A stretch of DNA of 63,592 nucleotides, filler included, from Thraustochytrium aureum (GCA_012862495.1; 4 parts of 3 records of this genome joined end to end with filler, not necessarily neighbours in it); one strand, 5' to 3'; shown: positions 23,229-35,800, counted from the first letter of the whole stretch. Notes: generated by a model not told the origin, from the letters alone. Made by a program: numbers and translations.

Positions 23229-24610
23229 TACGTGTGCGTCGCCTCGCGCGACAAGACGGTTGCAGGGTCGTGCTTTGGCACGGCCTGGCTGGATTTGTTT
23301 TCTTGGTCGGCGCCCGCGATCGCCGCGCCGTAGACCAGCGCCTCGAGCGCCCGGACCTGCTCGCGCAGCTCAGCGACATCTCGGGTAAACCCCTGAAAGT
23401 CAAATTGGCGGCGCTGCTCGAGCTGGGTGTACTTTTTGCGCTGGCGACCGAGGCGCCCTTCCAAGTCGGAGATCGCGTCGCGCGCCTCGCGCAGCTCGTT
23501 GCCGCTCGACTGGCGTAGCTTGTTGAGCTGGTCGTCCGCGAGCACGGCCTGGCGCTTGTAGCGCTGCAGCTGCCGCTCGCTGTCTTCGAGAATCGAGGCC
23601 CGCACGGCCTCCGTCTCGCGCTGGAGCTTGCCTGCTAGCGAGTTGAGCTGCGACCGCAGGCTGCCGTTTTCGCCTTCGAGGAGCGCCAGCCGCTCCATTG
23701 TGGCCCGTCCTTGCACGTGGGCCCCGTGCCGCATGTCCAGATAGTCTTTAGTTGCAGCGCGCGTCGCTTTTTCAGCAAAGTCGAGCTTGCTCTCGAGCGC
23801 CTCGACCTGCTTGACGAGCGCGTCCCTCTCGGCGCGGTGGTGTGCCTCGCGGTCAGTGCGGTCCTGCTCGAGCGCTTGGATGCGCTCGCGCGCAACCTTG
23901 GCCTGCTGCTCTAGCTGCGTCTCCAGGGCTTTTGTCCGTGCCGCTAGGGCGTCAGTGTGCTCGTTCGGGAGGTAAATCGTCCTCAGCACGTTGCCCGAGC
24001 CGTGGCTGGCGGACATGGCAGCGGCGCTTGCGCTCTGCCGGAGCTTTTCATTGCTGACGACGCGCACGCCGCCGCTGGTGCGAGGGCGAGCCGATCCAGC
24101 CGTTTCGGGTCGCTTGCCGTCCTCGCGGGCGGCTGCAGCCGGCACGACTGCGGCTGGCACGGCTGCTTGGACGCCGCCGAGGTCGACTTGCTGCTGCTGC
24201 TGCTGCTGGGCGTTGAGTTTGCGGGTCATCAAGTACGGTCTGCAGTCTTTGAAGAACGTGACCTCTTGTGAGACTGGCTCGGTCAGCGCCAGCAAGTGCT
24301 GAATGCGCCGACGGTCTTCCGACTGCTGGAGCTTGAGCTGGTCGTTCTCGGCCAGCAGCTTCAACGCCTCTTCGCGCTCCTCAAAAATCTGCACGTTCGC
24401 GTCGCTCAATGCATTTTGCAGCTCACCAATCTCCTCTTGCCGCACGCGGAGCTCCCATTTAATCCTGTGCAGCTCGGCGTGCGAGACCTCGGTCACAGCC
24501 ACGCGCTTCAACCATTCCTCGCGCTCTTTCTCAAATTCGTCAAACCTCGACCGATAGAACGTCAGCAGCGCTGCGACGTTATCCCCTCCATCATCCGCCT
24601 CGCCGTCCAT
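23229..24610 (-). CDS. CCDC77: Coiled-coil domain-containing protein 77 (centriolar); 3' end in gap
   Basis: LLTFYRSR..HRIKWELRVRQEEIGELQNALSDANVQIFEEREEALKLLAENDQLKLQQSEDRRRIQHLLAL matches the conserved CCDC77 N-terminal block. Also TKDYL and the C-terminal LEQRRQFDFQGF..DV. Confidence 0.82.
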
Positions 24611-25358
24611 CTCTGCTCCGCGTTCGTTCGCCCCCTTCGCGCCCACGCAGGCCCGAGTCCAGGTTGCCAATCCAACAAAAACCAACCAAAAAGATCACCA
24701 AAATCGCGACCAAAACAACCCACCAAAGCCAGCGAAACCGAAACAAAAANNNNNNNNNNNNNNNNNNNNNNNNNNNNNNNNNNNNNNNNNNNNNNNNNNN
24801 NNNNNNNNNNNNNNNNNNNNNNNNNNNNNNNNNNNNNNNNNNNNNNNNNNNNNNNNNNNNNNNNNNNNNNNNNNNNNNNNNNNNNNNNNNNNNNNNNNNN
24901 NNNNNNNNNNNNNNNNNNNNNNNNNNNNNNNNNNNNNNNNNNNNNNNNNNNNNNNNNNNNNNNNNNNNNNNNNNNNNNNNNNNNNNNNNNNNNNNNNNNN
25001 NNNNNNNNNNNNNNNNNNNNNNNNNNNNNNNNNNNNNNNNNNNNNNNNNNNNNNNNNNNNNNNNNNNNNNNNNNNNNNNNNNNNNNNNNNNNNNNNNNNN
25101 NNNNNNNNNNNNNNNNNNNNNNNNNNNNNNNNNNNNNNNNNNNNNNNNNNNNNNNNNNNNNNNNNNNNNNNNNNNNNNNNNNNNNNNNNNNNNNNNNNNN
25201 NNNNNNNNNNNNNNNNNNNNNNNNNNNNNNNNNNNNNNNNNNNNNNNNNNNNNNNNNNNNNNNNNNNNNNNNNNNNNNNNNNNNNNNNNNNNNNNNNNNN
25301 NNNNNNNNNNNNNNNNNNNNNNNNNNNNNNNNNNNNNNNNNNNNNNNNNNNNNNNNNN

Positions 25359-26120
25359 GCCTTGGAAGGCACGGCTCCACCGAACTGCTCTGCAGTGGCG
25401 GCCTTGATCGCCTCGAGGCCGGCCGTGGCAAACTCGGGGGACTTGAAGCGGACCATGGCGGTGCGCTCTTCTTTCTTCAGGTCCACAAAGGCGACGCGCT
25501 CGTGCGCCTTCTCGGCGTCCCCGGCGCAGACCTTCTTGATCACGTCCCAGTTGCAGTCATCGCCGAGGCCCTCCAGCGCCACGATGCAGCCACTCTGAAA
25601 GTCGCTCATGTCGACCTCCTCGGCGGGGGCCTCGCTCGTCTCGGTGGAGGCGGGCTTTTCTTCGCGAGCGCGCTTCAGGTTTGCGCGCTGTTCGGCGACC
25701 CATTCGGTCATGGGCTGCACGTCTTTCAGCGCGGCGTCCTTGTGCTTGAGCTCGGCCTTCTTGTCCACGACCTCCTTGACCAGCTCGGGCGAGCTGAGCT
25801 CTACGAGGACACTGCCTGTAAAGTCGCCGTACGTGCGGCGCATCTTGACAAAGACGACGTTCTCGTCGCCGACTAGCTCGACAAAGGCGGCGCGGCACTC
25901 GTCGACGGTGGCCGTCTTGTCAAAGCCGTCCGCAAACACGGAGCGCGCCACAGCCGACTCGTCCTGGCCCTTGGGCTCGAAGGGCGTCTTGCGGCGCACC
26001 TTGGTCTTGGACTCGTCGACCTCGAGCGCGTCCGAGGCCTCCGCGGCAGCGGCCACGTCGCTCAGGGTCTCGGTCAGCTGCTTGACGCGGTTGAACTTGA
26101 GGAACTCGGCCATGTCGATA
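25359..26120 (-). CDS. SSB: La autoantigen-like RNA-binding protein (La motif, RRM, xRRM), partial at both ends
   Basis: End of La motif (FLKFNRVKQLT...LEVDESKTKVRRKTP), RRM1 (RSVFADGF...VKMRR..FTGSVLVEL) and xRRM (GCIVALEGL...VAFVD....TAMVRF). Confidence 0.88.
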
Positions 26121-26164
26121 NNNNNNNNNNNNNNNNNNNNNNNNNNNNNNNNNNNNNNNNNNNN

Positions 26165-26176
26165 TTAATTAATTAA
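26165..26176. other. Artificial scaffold-joining linker (TTAATTAATTAA within N run)
   Basis: A 12-mer with stops in all six frames, centred in a fixed N block and identical at three positions. Genes on either side are truncated. Confidence 0.95.
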
Positions 26177-26220
26177 NNNNNNNNNNNNNNNNNNNNNNNN
26201 NNNNNNNNNNNNNNNNNNNN

Positions 26221-27886
26221 GTGGAAGCGCGACCCTTGCCCCCCAAGCGCCGAGTCTCCCTCGCCCACTGCGGGCAACGGCTTGCCCACAATGCGGTTGA
26301 TGCGCAGGCGCACAAAGCCCATGATGATTGCCTCGTCCGGCGACTCAAAGCTGATAAAGTACTCCGTCGCGCCTTGCGCCTCATACTGGCGCGTCACCAG
26401 CTTGGTGTTGTCCGGGCTGCGGTCCCGCACCTCCCTGCAGCGAATGCAGCGGCACGCGAGCCCCCGCTCCTGCATGCGACGCTGCAGCACCTGCCTCATG
26501 CTCGGGTTGTCGACGCCGCCAAGAATGTACTGCGACGGAATGTCCCGAATCACACGGTTGAGGCGGATCCAGGGATGCACCTGCGCCTTGGCTTCAATAA
26601 GGACCTCCAGCAGCTCGGGCTCGGGGTACGGCACGTACTCGCCCGATTTGAACCACTTTTGGATCACTGTCCACGGCGTCGTCTCGCAAGGGTAGATCTT
26701 CCACTGGTCAGCCTGCAGGTCGGGGTCGTTGAGCATGGTGTGGAACATTTCTCGGTCCTGCTGCGGCGAGGACCCCGGCAGGTTGGGCATGAGGTGGATG
26801 TCAACCTTGAAGCAGCTATCTTTGAGGAGGCGGAGCGCGCGCTTCGCGTCTGCAGTCGTGCAGCCCCTGTTGATCTTGGCCAGAACGGCGTCGTCCGTGT
26901 GTTGGATCCCTAGCTGCACGCGGGTGCACCCGAATTGGCGAAACCGCCGGAGCTCGGCCTCGTTGATGCAGTCTGGGCGTGTCTCGAGCGTGATCCCGAT
27001 GATCTTGCACCGCGCGCGCTCATTCAGCGCCTTTTCCTCTGCCAGAGGTGGCGCTCGCGCTTTTCCGCGGGCGTGTAAAACGTGTTGGCGGCGAAGAACA
27101 GGTCCCGGATGAAGGTTTCCTGGTACTCTACCGGGTACGAGGCCCAGGTCCCGCCGAGGATGAGCAGCTCGATCTTGTCCACCGGGTGGCCGTTGATGGC
27201 AAGCGAGACAGCACGGTCGCAAAACTGCAAGACGGGGTCAAACTTGTTGCGGTTCGCGCGCAGCACCGACGGCTCGTCGTGCAGGTACGAGCGCGGCTGG
27301 CCCGGCTCGTTCGGGCAGTAGTAGCAGTTCCACTGGCAGCTAAAGCGCTGCGTGCGCCCGCCCACCGTCGGGTACGGGCTCGTCAGTACTGTTATCACCA
27401 GGACGCCAGAGTGGCTCTTGCCGCTCTTCTTCACGAGCAGCTTCTTCAGCGCTTCAACGTCCGCCTCGTCTATCGATTCCTCCACTTGGCCCTTGTCGAC
27501 CATGCCCATCAGCACGTGCAGCATTTGGCTCTTTTTCCACTGCCGCTTTTGCACGCGACGGGTGTCGGTCATCACCGAGTTGAAGGCCTTCAGGTCGCGG
27601 ACGCGATGCTTGAGCAGCTCCCCCACGGCGTAGGCAACCTCGTGCCACTCGTCCATGGGTACCTGGCGAGTGGAAGCGCCACTCGTCGTGTCAGCCTCAC
27701 TGCACGGCGCTGCCAGGGCCGGCCCCACACCGCACTCCGCCGCCCGCCCGAACTTACCAGGCGCTCCCAGCTCTTGTGGATGTCCTCGAGGTCCACATTG
27801 TAGTGAAAGTTGGCCGCCGGGGTCTTCTTGTAGTCCTCGGGGTCCAGGCTCACGACCCGCTCCTTCGCTGCGACATTGGCGTCCAT
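26221..27886 (-). CDS. ELP3: ELP3 radical-SAM / KAT tRNA acetyltransferase; intron 27663-27757; frameshift near 27050; 3' end truncated by scaffold end
   Basis: KSHSGVLVITVLTSPYP, SCQWNCYYCPNEPGQPRSY, DKIELLILGGTW, IIGITLETRPD, HLMPNLPG, DQWKIYP, WIRLNRVIRDIP, CRCIRCREV, EYFISFES, GFVRLR. Confidence 0.95.
27663..27757 (-). other. Spliceosomal intron (95 nt) in ELP3
   Basis: GTAAGT donor, CTGAC branch, GCCAG acceptor. It joins SWERL to VPMDEWH in frame. Confidence 0.85.
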
Positions 27887-28102
27887 CTTTCTTCCAAGTT
27901 TCCCCGCCTGCCAGGGCGGCCGCGCGCGAGCCTGCCGCGTCCAAGCCGGTCGTCGCTCGGCCGATTCTCCGCGACGCCCGTCTGCCGGTCTGGCGTTCGG
28001 GGCTCTGTGCAAGGGTCTTGCGGGTCTGCTCGGCAGCGAGCTCCGCGCTTTTCGAGTCCACGGCCAAGCAACAACATGGGACTGGACATGCAGAAACGTT
28101 CG

Positions 28103-28125
28103 TGTTGTTGTTGTTGTTGTTGTTG
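28103..28125. repeat. (GTT)n microsatellite
   Basis: Direct reading. Confidence 0.9.
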
Positions 28126-28409
28126 GCGGAGGAAGATGACGCTGGCTGGCTGGCTGTCTGGCTGTCGGCCGGCTCGCAGGCCAGGGCAGTCGCGTGGGGC
28201 TTGCATCGCGCTGCGCTGGATGTATGTTCACACTGCGCGAACGAATACCTAGGTACCTACTTGCCCTTGTCTTTTTCTCAGGAAAAGCTAGAGTGCGCCC
28301 GAGGCCGAGCACGTCAAATGCGCAGCTGGGCAGCAAACAAGTCTACTGATCTCGATTCAAGCTACCCTCTTGCTCGACTAGCTCGAGAGAGAGGCAGAAG
28401 CCCCTCTAG

Positions 28410-30209
28410 CTAGGGCTTGCCTCGGCGAAGGTGCGGCGGCAGGGGGCGCTCGACTTGCAGCGCCGCCTCCAAGGCCCGGCCTGCCCTGAGCAGCGCGCAC
28501 TCAGACCCAGAAGGGCCAAGGAGCTCGATGCCTTGCGGCAGACGCCGCGAACCCACCGCAGCAAAGCCTGCTGGGACGGAAAGCGCTGGCCAAAGCAGCG
28601 CCGGCGCAAGCCGGTTGTTCCCGCAATACTCCTGCTTGCCCTTGTCCAGCTTGGACGGCAGCTTCCTGAAGGTCGGGTACACAAACGCGTCCAGCCGGCC
28701 TTCAGCAAGCTGCTCTGAAGCGGCCTTGTCGAGCGCGGCAGTGAAAGTCGTGAGCAGAGCCTTGTGCGTCTCGGCATCCTTCTTACTCAGCTTGCCGCCC
28801 TTGTGCGCTTTGCGCTGCAGGCTCTTCGCAAGGGCTTTGCACTGGGCTGGCGCAAGGCGCGTGCAGGTCGCCACGGACCCTGTTTCAGCCACGATCGCTG
28901 CGAGGTCTAGACCGCCCGCGCCCCCCTCTTCGCGCCGCAAGTACTCCACCAAGTCGCTCTCAAACTCAAACGTGCTCGTAGACTTGTACTTGGAAAGCGC
29001 CTGGAACTCATGGTACAGCGCAGTCCCAGTCCCAACCTGTACAATTTCAATCGACGTGCCCAAACGACGCAGCGACTGGTCCAGCACATGCCGCTGCGGC
29101 GATCCTTCTTCGGGCAGCAAAAAACTCAGCACACCGAGGCGCAGCGCGCCCCCAGCGCCAGCAGGACAATGCGTGAAATCGGAACGCCCCGTCACGGCGT
29201 CCAGCGAGATGGCGAGATCGTTTACGCTGGCTGCCATGAGACCAACCGTGTCGCGCGAATGCGACAAAGGGACGACGCCGCCAATCGGGACGAGCCCCAC
29301 CGTGGGTCTCAGCCCGACGAGGCCGGCGAAAGAGGCTGGGATCCGAACAGAGCCACCGGTGTCTGTCCCGACTCCTAGCACGGCGAATCCAGCAGCCACC
29401 GCGACTGCGGTGCCGCCGGATGAGCCGCCTGGGAACCGTGTGATGTCAAACACGTTTTTGGTTTGTCCCCCGCGCGAACTCAGGCTCTGAAACCCGAGCG
29501 CAAACTCGTCCATGTTTGCTTTGCCGAGCACCACAGCGCCCTGCCTTTTCAAGTTGGCAACTGCTGGCGCGTCGCGCCTCGCAGGCTTGAGAGCCTTCTC
29601 GAGCACAATCGAGCCGGCGGCGTTCACCAAGCCCTTCACAGCAATATTGTCTTTGACGAGAACAGGGACGCAGTACAGTGGAAACTGCGCAGACTGGTCA
29701 CGAGCAGAATCGCGTTTGGCGGCGTCGCTCAAAACCGCCTTCATGGTACGCAGCTCAACGACCGCGCCGAGGCCTGGGTCGTGCTGTGCAATGCGGGCGA
29801 GAAAGGCCAGCGTTAGCCTTGTGCAGTTCCAGTCGGGCCGCGTCGCTGTCTCGCGCGCCTGCTCAATGGACATGAGCCAGGGAAGCCCGTCATCGAGCAC
29901 GTTATCTTGGTGCGAGTGAGCCGAACCGCCCTGCAGTGTAATCCTAGCCCGCAGCCCACTGGCAGCGCTCTGGTCACGGGCGCCAGTGCCGAGAACAAGC
30001 ACGCCAAGTGCAGCAACAAGCNNNNNNNNNNNNNNNNNNNNNNNNNNNNNNNNNNNNNNNNNNNCAACAAGCGCAATCCCAGCAACTGCGTTGCGCACAT
30101 ACGCGTGCTTGGACCGTCTCGCTTTCGTCTGCGCGGACTCGGACGCCGCGCCTGCGAGCGGTGCGTTCTCGGCGCCTTGCGGCGGTCTTCTTCGGGCCTT
30201 TTGCGTCAT
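28410..30209 (-). CDS. Amidase-signature family enzyme with an N-terminal membrane anchor
   Basis: PLYCVPVLVKDNI, GKANMDEF, PGGSSGGTAVAVAAG, GTDTGGSVRIPA (Ser-cisSer-Lys signature). A hydrophobic segment surrounds the small gap. Confidence 0.92.
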   Translation of the reverse strand: MTQKARRRPPQGAENAPLAGAASESAQTKARRSKHAYVRNAVAGIALVXXXXXXXXXXXXXXXLVAALGVLVLGTGARDQSAASGLRARITLQGGSAHSHQDNVLDDGLPWLMSIEQARETATRPDWNCTRLTLAFLARIAQHDPGLGAVVELRTMKAVLSDAAKRDSARDQSAQFPLYCVPVLVKDNIAVKGLVNAAGSIVLEKALKPARRDAPAVANLKRQGAVVLGKANMDEFALGFQSLSSRGGQTKNVFDITRFPGGSSGGTAVAVAAGFAVLGVGTDTGGSVRIPASFAGLVGLRPTVGLVPIGGVVPLSHSRDTVGLMAASVNDLAISLDAVTGRSDFTHCPAGAGGALRLGVLSFLLPEEGSPQRHVLDQSLRRLGTSIEIVQVGTGTALYHEFQALSKYKSTSTFEFESDLVEYLRREEGGAGGLDLAAIVAETGSVATCTRLAPAQCKALAKSLQRKAHKGGKLSKKDAETHKALLTTFTAALDKAASEQLAEGRLDAFVYPTFRKLPSKLDKGKQEYCGNNRLAPALLWPALSVPAGFAAVGSRRLPQGIELLGPSGSECALLRAGRALEAALQVERPLPPHLRRGKP

Positions 30210-31136
30210 CCCCGCGTTCCGTCCCCGCCGCGGACCACCCCCTTCCTCGCCGCTGGATCCAGCGCAGTCAGGAGCAGCGCTTTCTCGATTCGCGGGCCTT
30301 TCTCGCCGCGAGCTGCGTTGCGGCGAGTGACCCGACGCCACCGAGCCCGAAGGCGCGCAAGCGCCCAAGCGCGCAAGCGCGCGACCGGGACCAAACAGCA
30401 GCCGGGGCAAAAAGCGCGCCCGAAAAAGCAATGCACCACAAGCAGCTCGGCCCGCCCGCCCGCCCGCCCGCCGCCGCGGCAATCCAGCGCGCTCTGCGCT
30501 CGGCCGCCGCTGCGCAATGGGCTTGTTGCTGGACTGCCTGCGGGTGGACTGCGGGCTCGCTCTTTTAATAGCGGGCTCCATTAGCCGTTTCACCATATTT
30601 TTGCTATCCGTTGCCGGGGTGCACACCTGAAAAAGTGCGCGATTCTCGCAGACAAAATTAATGCGCGCCTGCCAGAAGTGAGGGCGGTGATGTGCGGGAG
30701 CGGCGGGATGGCGTTAAGCGCTAGGCGCGCGGGTGGACGTGGAGGTGGCGATGTTGCGGCGCTCGAGCGAGATGGTGCGAGGTTGTTGATGCGTTGAGAA
30801 GTCGGGTTTGGGTGCGGTTTGGCCAAGTTTCCCGCCCTTAGGCGAGCGCTTGCGTCCCTCCTTGCTGGAGAGGGCTCTGGAGGACGGCAACGGCTGGCAA
30901 CGCTTGGCAACGCTTGCTTCGCACGGCATCACCGCCAAAGTTCCAAATGCTGCCGTCCTGCTCTCGAACAGAAACGCAACGGCTGAAGCAGTCGACGGTG
31001 GCTGGCTGGCTAGCACTGCGCGCGCGCGAAAGGCGGTGGCACGGCGGCGAGAGCTCGCGGACCTGGCTCGGGCGGCCCAGCGACGGGTTGCAAAGCTGCG
31101 AGCTGCCAGCGGGTATTGCGCACTTGCACCAGGACG

Positions 31137-32265
31137 ATGTCGGTTTTGTCCAAGCTCCAGGCGTACTGGGAGAAGCGCAACACCAAGCAATGCAGCGTGG
31201 CGATCATCGGCCTGGACGGCGCAGGCAAAACGACCATTCTCAACAACTTGACAGGGCGCTCGGAGCGCAAGGTCATTCCCACGGTCGGTATTTCGCAGCC
31301 ACGCATCATTCGGCGGCCCTTCTTCCACACCAAATTGTTCGACATGGGCGGCAGCGCGTCGTTCCGGCCCTCCTGGACAGACCGGCTGGCGCGCTGCCAC
31401 GCCGCCATCTTCGTCATCGACGCGAGCGAAACGCATCGTTTGCTCGAGGTCCGCGACGAGTTCCTTCAGTATTTGGGCAGCGCGGTATTTAATGGCAAGC
31501 CTGTCGTGATCCTCGCCAACAAGGACGACGCGGCACAGGTGCAGGCGCGCAACCTGATCGATATGCTCGGGCTGGGCGATCCCAACGCACTAGGCGGCGC
31601 GCCGTGGCGCATCATCCCCTGCGTGGGCGACAAGCACAGGAACGCAGACGAGGTCGACGCGCGCCTCATGGACGCAGTTCGCTGGCTTCGCGAGGAGATC
31701 ACGTGCTCTTGGAAGGCGATCGACGCTCGCGTTGCCTTGTGCACCAAGGAGCTCGAGAAACGGGACGCGGAGCGCCGCGCTGCCAACAAAAAGAGCGTCG
31801 CCGCGAAGAAAAAGCAAAAGGCCGCCCAAGCTGTCCCCGCCAACCCCAAAAGGGGCGGCAAGGGAGCCACTGTGGTCCCTGCCGCCGCCGCCGCCGCCGC
31901 CGCTAAGCCCGCGCAATCTGAGACAGTCGTCCTGTGCAAGAACATGCGAGTCACTGGGAGTTCGCGAGTGGAGTGCCGCAACGAGGCGGCCAAGCGAACT
32001 GCTGAAACCGGGTGGCAGCCGTTTTGCATCGAGTGCTTCCAAGCAGCCACGAACTCTGCGCCCGCGGCCAAGCCGGCTTCCCCTGGGCCAGAGCGCACCG
32101 TTGGGGCCACGAGCACGCTCCAGACGATCGCCGCGATCCACGGGTCACCGAGCGGCGGCGCAGAGAGCCGCTTAGAGGCCTTCGTCAAGGGCAAGCAACC
32201 CGCCAAAGACGACGGCAGCTTGGAGGACGAGGACGAGGAGGAGGAGCGCATTCGCCGCAAGAAGG
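31137..32265 (+). CDS. ARL13: ARL13-like ciliary Arf-like GTPase with C-terminal extension; 3' end in gap
   Basis: IIGLDGAGKTT, PTVG, DMGGS (no catalytic Gln, as in ARL13), ILANKDD, then VRWL and a coiled coil. Confidence 0.75.
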
Positions 32266-32897
32266 ANNNNNNNNNNNNNNNNNNNNNNNNNNNNNNNNNN
32301 NNNNNNNNNNNNNNNNNNNNNNNNNNNNNNNNNNNNNNNNNNNNNNNNNNNNNNNNNNNNNNNNNNNNNNNNNNNNNNNNNNNNNNNNNNNNNNNNNNNN
32401 NNNNNNNNNNNNNNNNNNNNNNNNNNNNNNNNNNNNNNNNNNNNNNNNNNNNNNNNNNNNNNNNNNNNNNNNNNNNNNNNNNNNNNNNNNNNNNNNNNNN
32501 NNNNNNNNNNNNNNNNNNNNNNNNNNNNNNNNNNNNNNNNNNNNNNNNNNNNNNNNNNNNNNNNNNNNNNNNNNNNNNNNNNNNNNNNNNNNNNNNNNNN
32601 NNNNNNNNNNNNNNNNNNNNNNNNNNNNNNNNNNNNNNNNNNNNNNNNNNNNNNNNNNNNCTGCTCCCTCGAGCAAGACCCGGCGCCGCTGCTCTTGGCC
32701 CGTGCGTGTGGCGCTCGAGGTCGTCTGGCGCTCGAGACGGCCGCTGCGCGGGCCAGAGAGAGCGGGACGTCGTCGGAAAAACGACGCAGGACGCGTGTTT
32801 GCGCGCGAATGTCTTGCACTCTTCGTAGTTACATTATCGTTGGCCGCCGGCGAGGCAGCGCTGGGGCAGCGGGCCGGCAAAAGGCCGGCGCGCTACT

Positions 32898-35800
32898 CTA
32901 CTTTGGCGGCGAGTCCGCCTCGGACGCACCAGGGAGGTCGATCTGCTTGTACTTGAGCTTGATGCGTTCGCGGACGTTCTTGAAGGAGCGCGAAAAGTCA
33001 GCGCGGATAGAGGCCGCCATGCTCGGAGTGCGCATGATACCCTCTTGCTCGGCCTCCTTCTCCAGGTTGATCGACTCGGGGTCGATGTAGTCCCAGTTGT
33101 CAAAGTAGTGCTCGAGCGACTTGTCGATCGGCTTGCCCTCCTGGAGGATCTGGATCTTGTAGTTGGTCTTGACCTTGTGGCGCCGCGCATACTCCTGTGC
33201 CTCCTTTTTGGCGCGCCTCTTCCACGACTTGACGAGCGCCTCAAAGTTGCTAAAGTGGCTCTTCTCGTCCAGCTCCTTCACCTCGGGCACGAATATGGGC
33301 GAGTACTCCTTGCGCATGACCTTCTCCCAGCTCATGGACGTTGCCAGCGGGCCGGCGAGTGGCACGAAAAACCCGTGGTCCTTGAGGCTCCCCAGATCCC
33401 GCTTGAGCTCCTCTGGGCCCACCCCGAGCCGCATGGTGGGGTCAAGGTCAAGCAAGCCCGTGAGGAAATCGCGCGTGTTCATGTCCAGGTGGGGGGGGAT
33501 GACGACCTTTTTGCGCAAGAGGCGCAGCTCATCCTCGTCGGTTTCGATGTTGATCATGCCCGAGTCGGAGATCTTGTCGGCGCGCGGCTCGAACGGGAGG
33601 TGGCCAAGCAGGCACTCGTACGTGAATACGCCGAGCATAAACCAATCTACGCCTTCGTTGTAGTGCCCGCTCTTGATCATCTCGGGGGGGCGTACATGGG
33701 GGTGCCGCAGTCTGTGTCGTGTGACTTTATCGTTTTCGCGCGCGTGTACTTGGGCATGCCGCGGTTGTCATGTGCGTCGTTGTAGCCTTCGTGCTCGTCG
33801 TCCGCACAATCGGTTTCGGCGCCGTCATCTCCCGCCTCGCTGTTGCCTTTGTGCTCGCTGCTGGTCCCCGTAAGTCCGCCGTCGCTGTTGCCGCAAATAC
33901 TCGAGACCGCGCTCGACTCTACGCGCGAGACTGTGTCGCTGTCGTCAAAGAGGTCGTTGTCTTCGTCCTCAATCTCGGCGCGCGCGTTGCCGACGACACC
34001 GCCTCCCCTATCGCGCGATCCGCGTCGTTGTACTTGTCCTGGTAGTAGAATGCCGCGAGCCCCATGTCTGCGAGCATGATGTGGCCGTCCGCGCACAAGA
34101 GCACATTCTCCGGCTTGAGGTCGCGGTAAATGATGTCGTGGTTGTGCAGGCACTCGAGCGCGAGGACGATCTCTGCAACGTACAGCCGCAGCTGCACCGC
34201 AGGGAGCTGAAAGCCTGGGGCGGCCTCGAGCACTTGGCGCAGCGAGCCGTTTTCTGCAAGATCGAGACACAGGAAGGCGTACTTGTCGTCCTGGAACGCG
34301 TAGCGGAGCGAGACGATGAAGGGGAAGGAGCGGTTCGCCACCAGGACGTCGCGCTCGATCTCGACATGCTGCATCTTGCCGCCCCACGTCTCGATCAGCG
34401 TGTCTTTGGCCTGCACCTTCATGGCATAGTGCTGCCCGGTGGAGCGCTTGATCACGTGCACGACCTGGCCAAACCCGCCCTTGCCGAGGATGTCGATGTA
34501 CTTGAAGTCGCGCGGCTCAACGTGGTTGTAAACCACCCTGCGGCTCTTCTTGTAGGCCTCGTAGTCTTCGGAAGTCTCCTTGAAGTGGTGGTAGAGCGGC
34601 TTCATCCCCTTGAACACCTCGTTCTGCAGGTCCATGAACAGGTTCAGCGGGGGCATCTTTTCGGCGTCAAGGTCGGCCCCGAGGATTTCCACCGCCTCTC
34701 TCAGGACGCCGCTCTGCTCCTTCATCTCTTCGAACTTTGGCGCCTTGCGCTGCGCTGGGGCGGCGCCGTCGGCACTGTTGTTCTCTGCAAGCGCGCTTGC
34801 AAGCGCATTGTCAAGAAGCCCATCTGTGGATGTCGCAGCCGCCCCTTCTGCTGGCGCCGCCGCTCCACCCTTTTCTGCTGGCGCCGCCGCCGCAGCTCCA
34901 CCGTTTTCTGCTGGCGCGCCGCCGTCCCCGCTCGTCGCGTCTGTCGAAGCAAGAGTCGCATCACTCTGCACCCCAGCGGCAACCTCAGCTGATTCGCCAG
35001 CGACCGACTGCGCCGCAGCGCCATCTGCGGCGGGCTCCTCGTGCGCAACAGCGCCATCTGCGGAGGGCTCCTCGTGCGCAGCAGCACCGTCTGGCCGAGC
35101 CTCGATTGCTTCGTCAGAGCTCGTCTGGGCTGCAGCGCCGTCGTCTGCAGATGCCTCCTGCCAGCGCCGAGCAACCTGTTTGCGGGGGAGGACGCGGATA
35201 GCGGGCTATTTGCGTTTACCTCAAGGCCCCGTGCGGACCCGAGCTGGTCCTGCTGCATGCAGCTCTCGCGCAGGGTGGTTAGAACCGAGATGTCCACGAC
35301 ACCTATGCCCCCTGGCGGAGAGATGTCGACAAAGTTGCCGATCGACGACGAGTACTGTCGCACGTTGCGCAAGCTCGGGTCGACCTGAGATTCGTCGCTG
35401 TTGAACCGCTCGCGGGTTCGCATCAAGGCGAGCTCGACAGCCGGGCGAATCTTGATGATGATTGCGATCACCATGTGCGAAAAGCCCCTACACCGCTCGG
35501 GCACCAACATCATGTGGTACTTGCGAAACTCCTCTGCCTCCACTTCTGCCCTGCGCGCTTCGCCCTGCTCGCTCCCAGGCGCCATGCTCTGTGTCAGCTC
35601 GATCTTGTGCGTCTGCCGAAAGTCCTCCGCGTCGGCCTTGTCGACCTGCGAGATTTGAAAGTAGTTGCGGTACAGACTCTTGGCCGCCCTGAAGCGCTCG
35701 GCGTCGTCCGAGTCCAAATGGTGATAGTGGTGCAAGAGCAGCCAGAGCCGCACGAGGTCGGCGTCGTCTGGAAAGTAGCGCTCTACGTGCGCGAGGAAGT

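Noticed and set aside
26165..26176. TTAATTAATTAA repeated at 26165, 51673 and 60627, as a possible piggyBac target or biological repeat
   Set aside because: Each sits in an identical N block and gives stops in all six frames, so it is an assembly linker. Gene adjacency across these points is meaningless.
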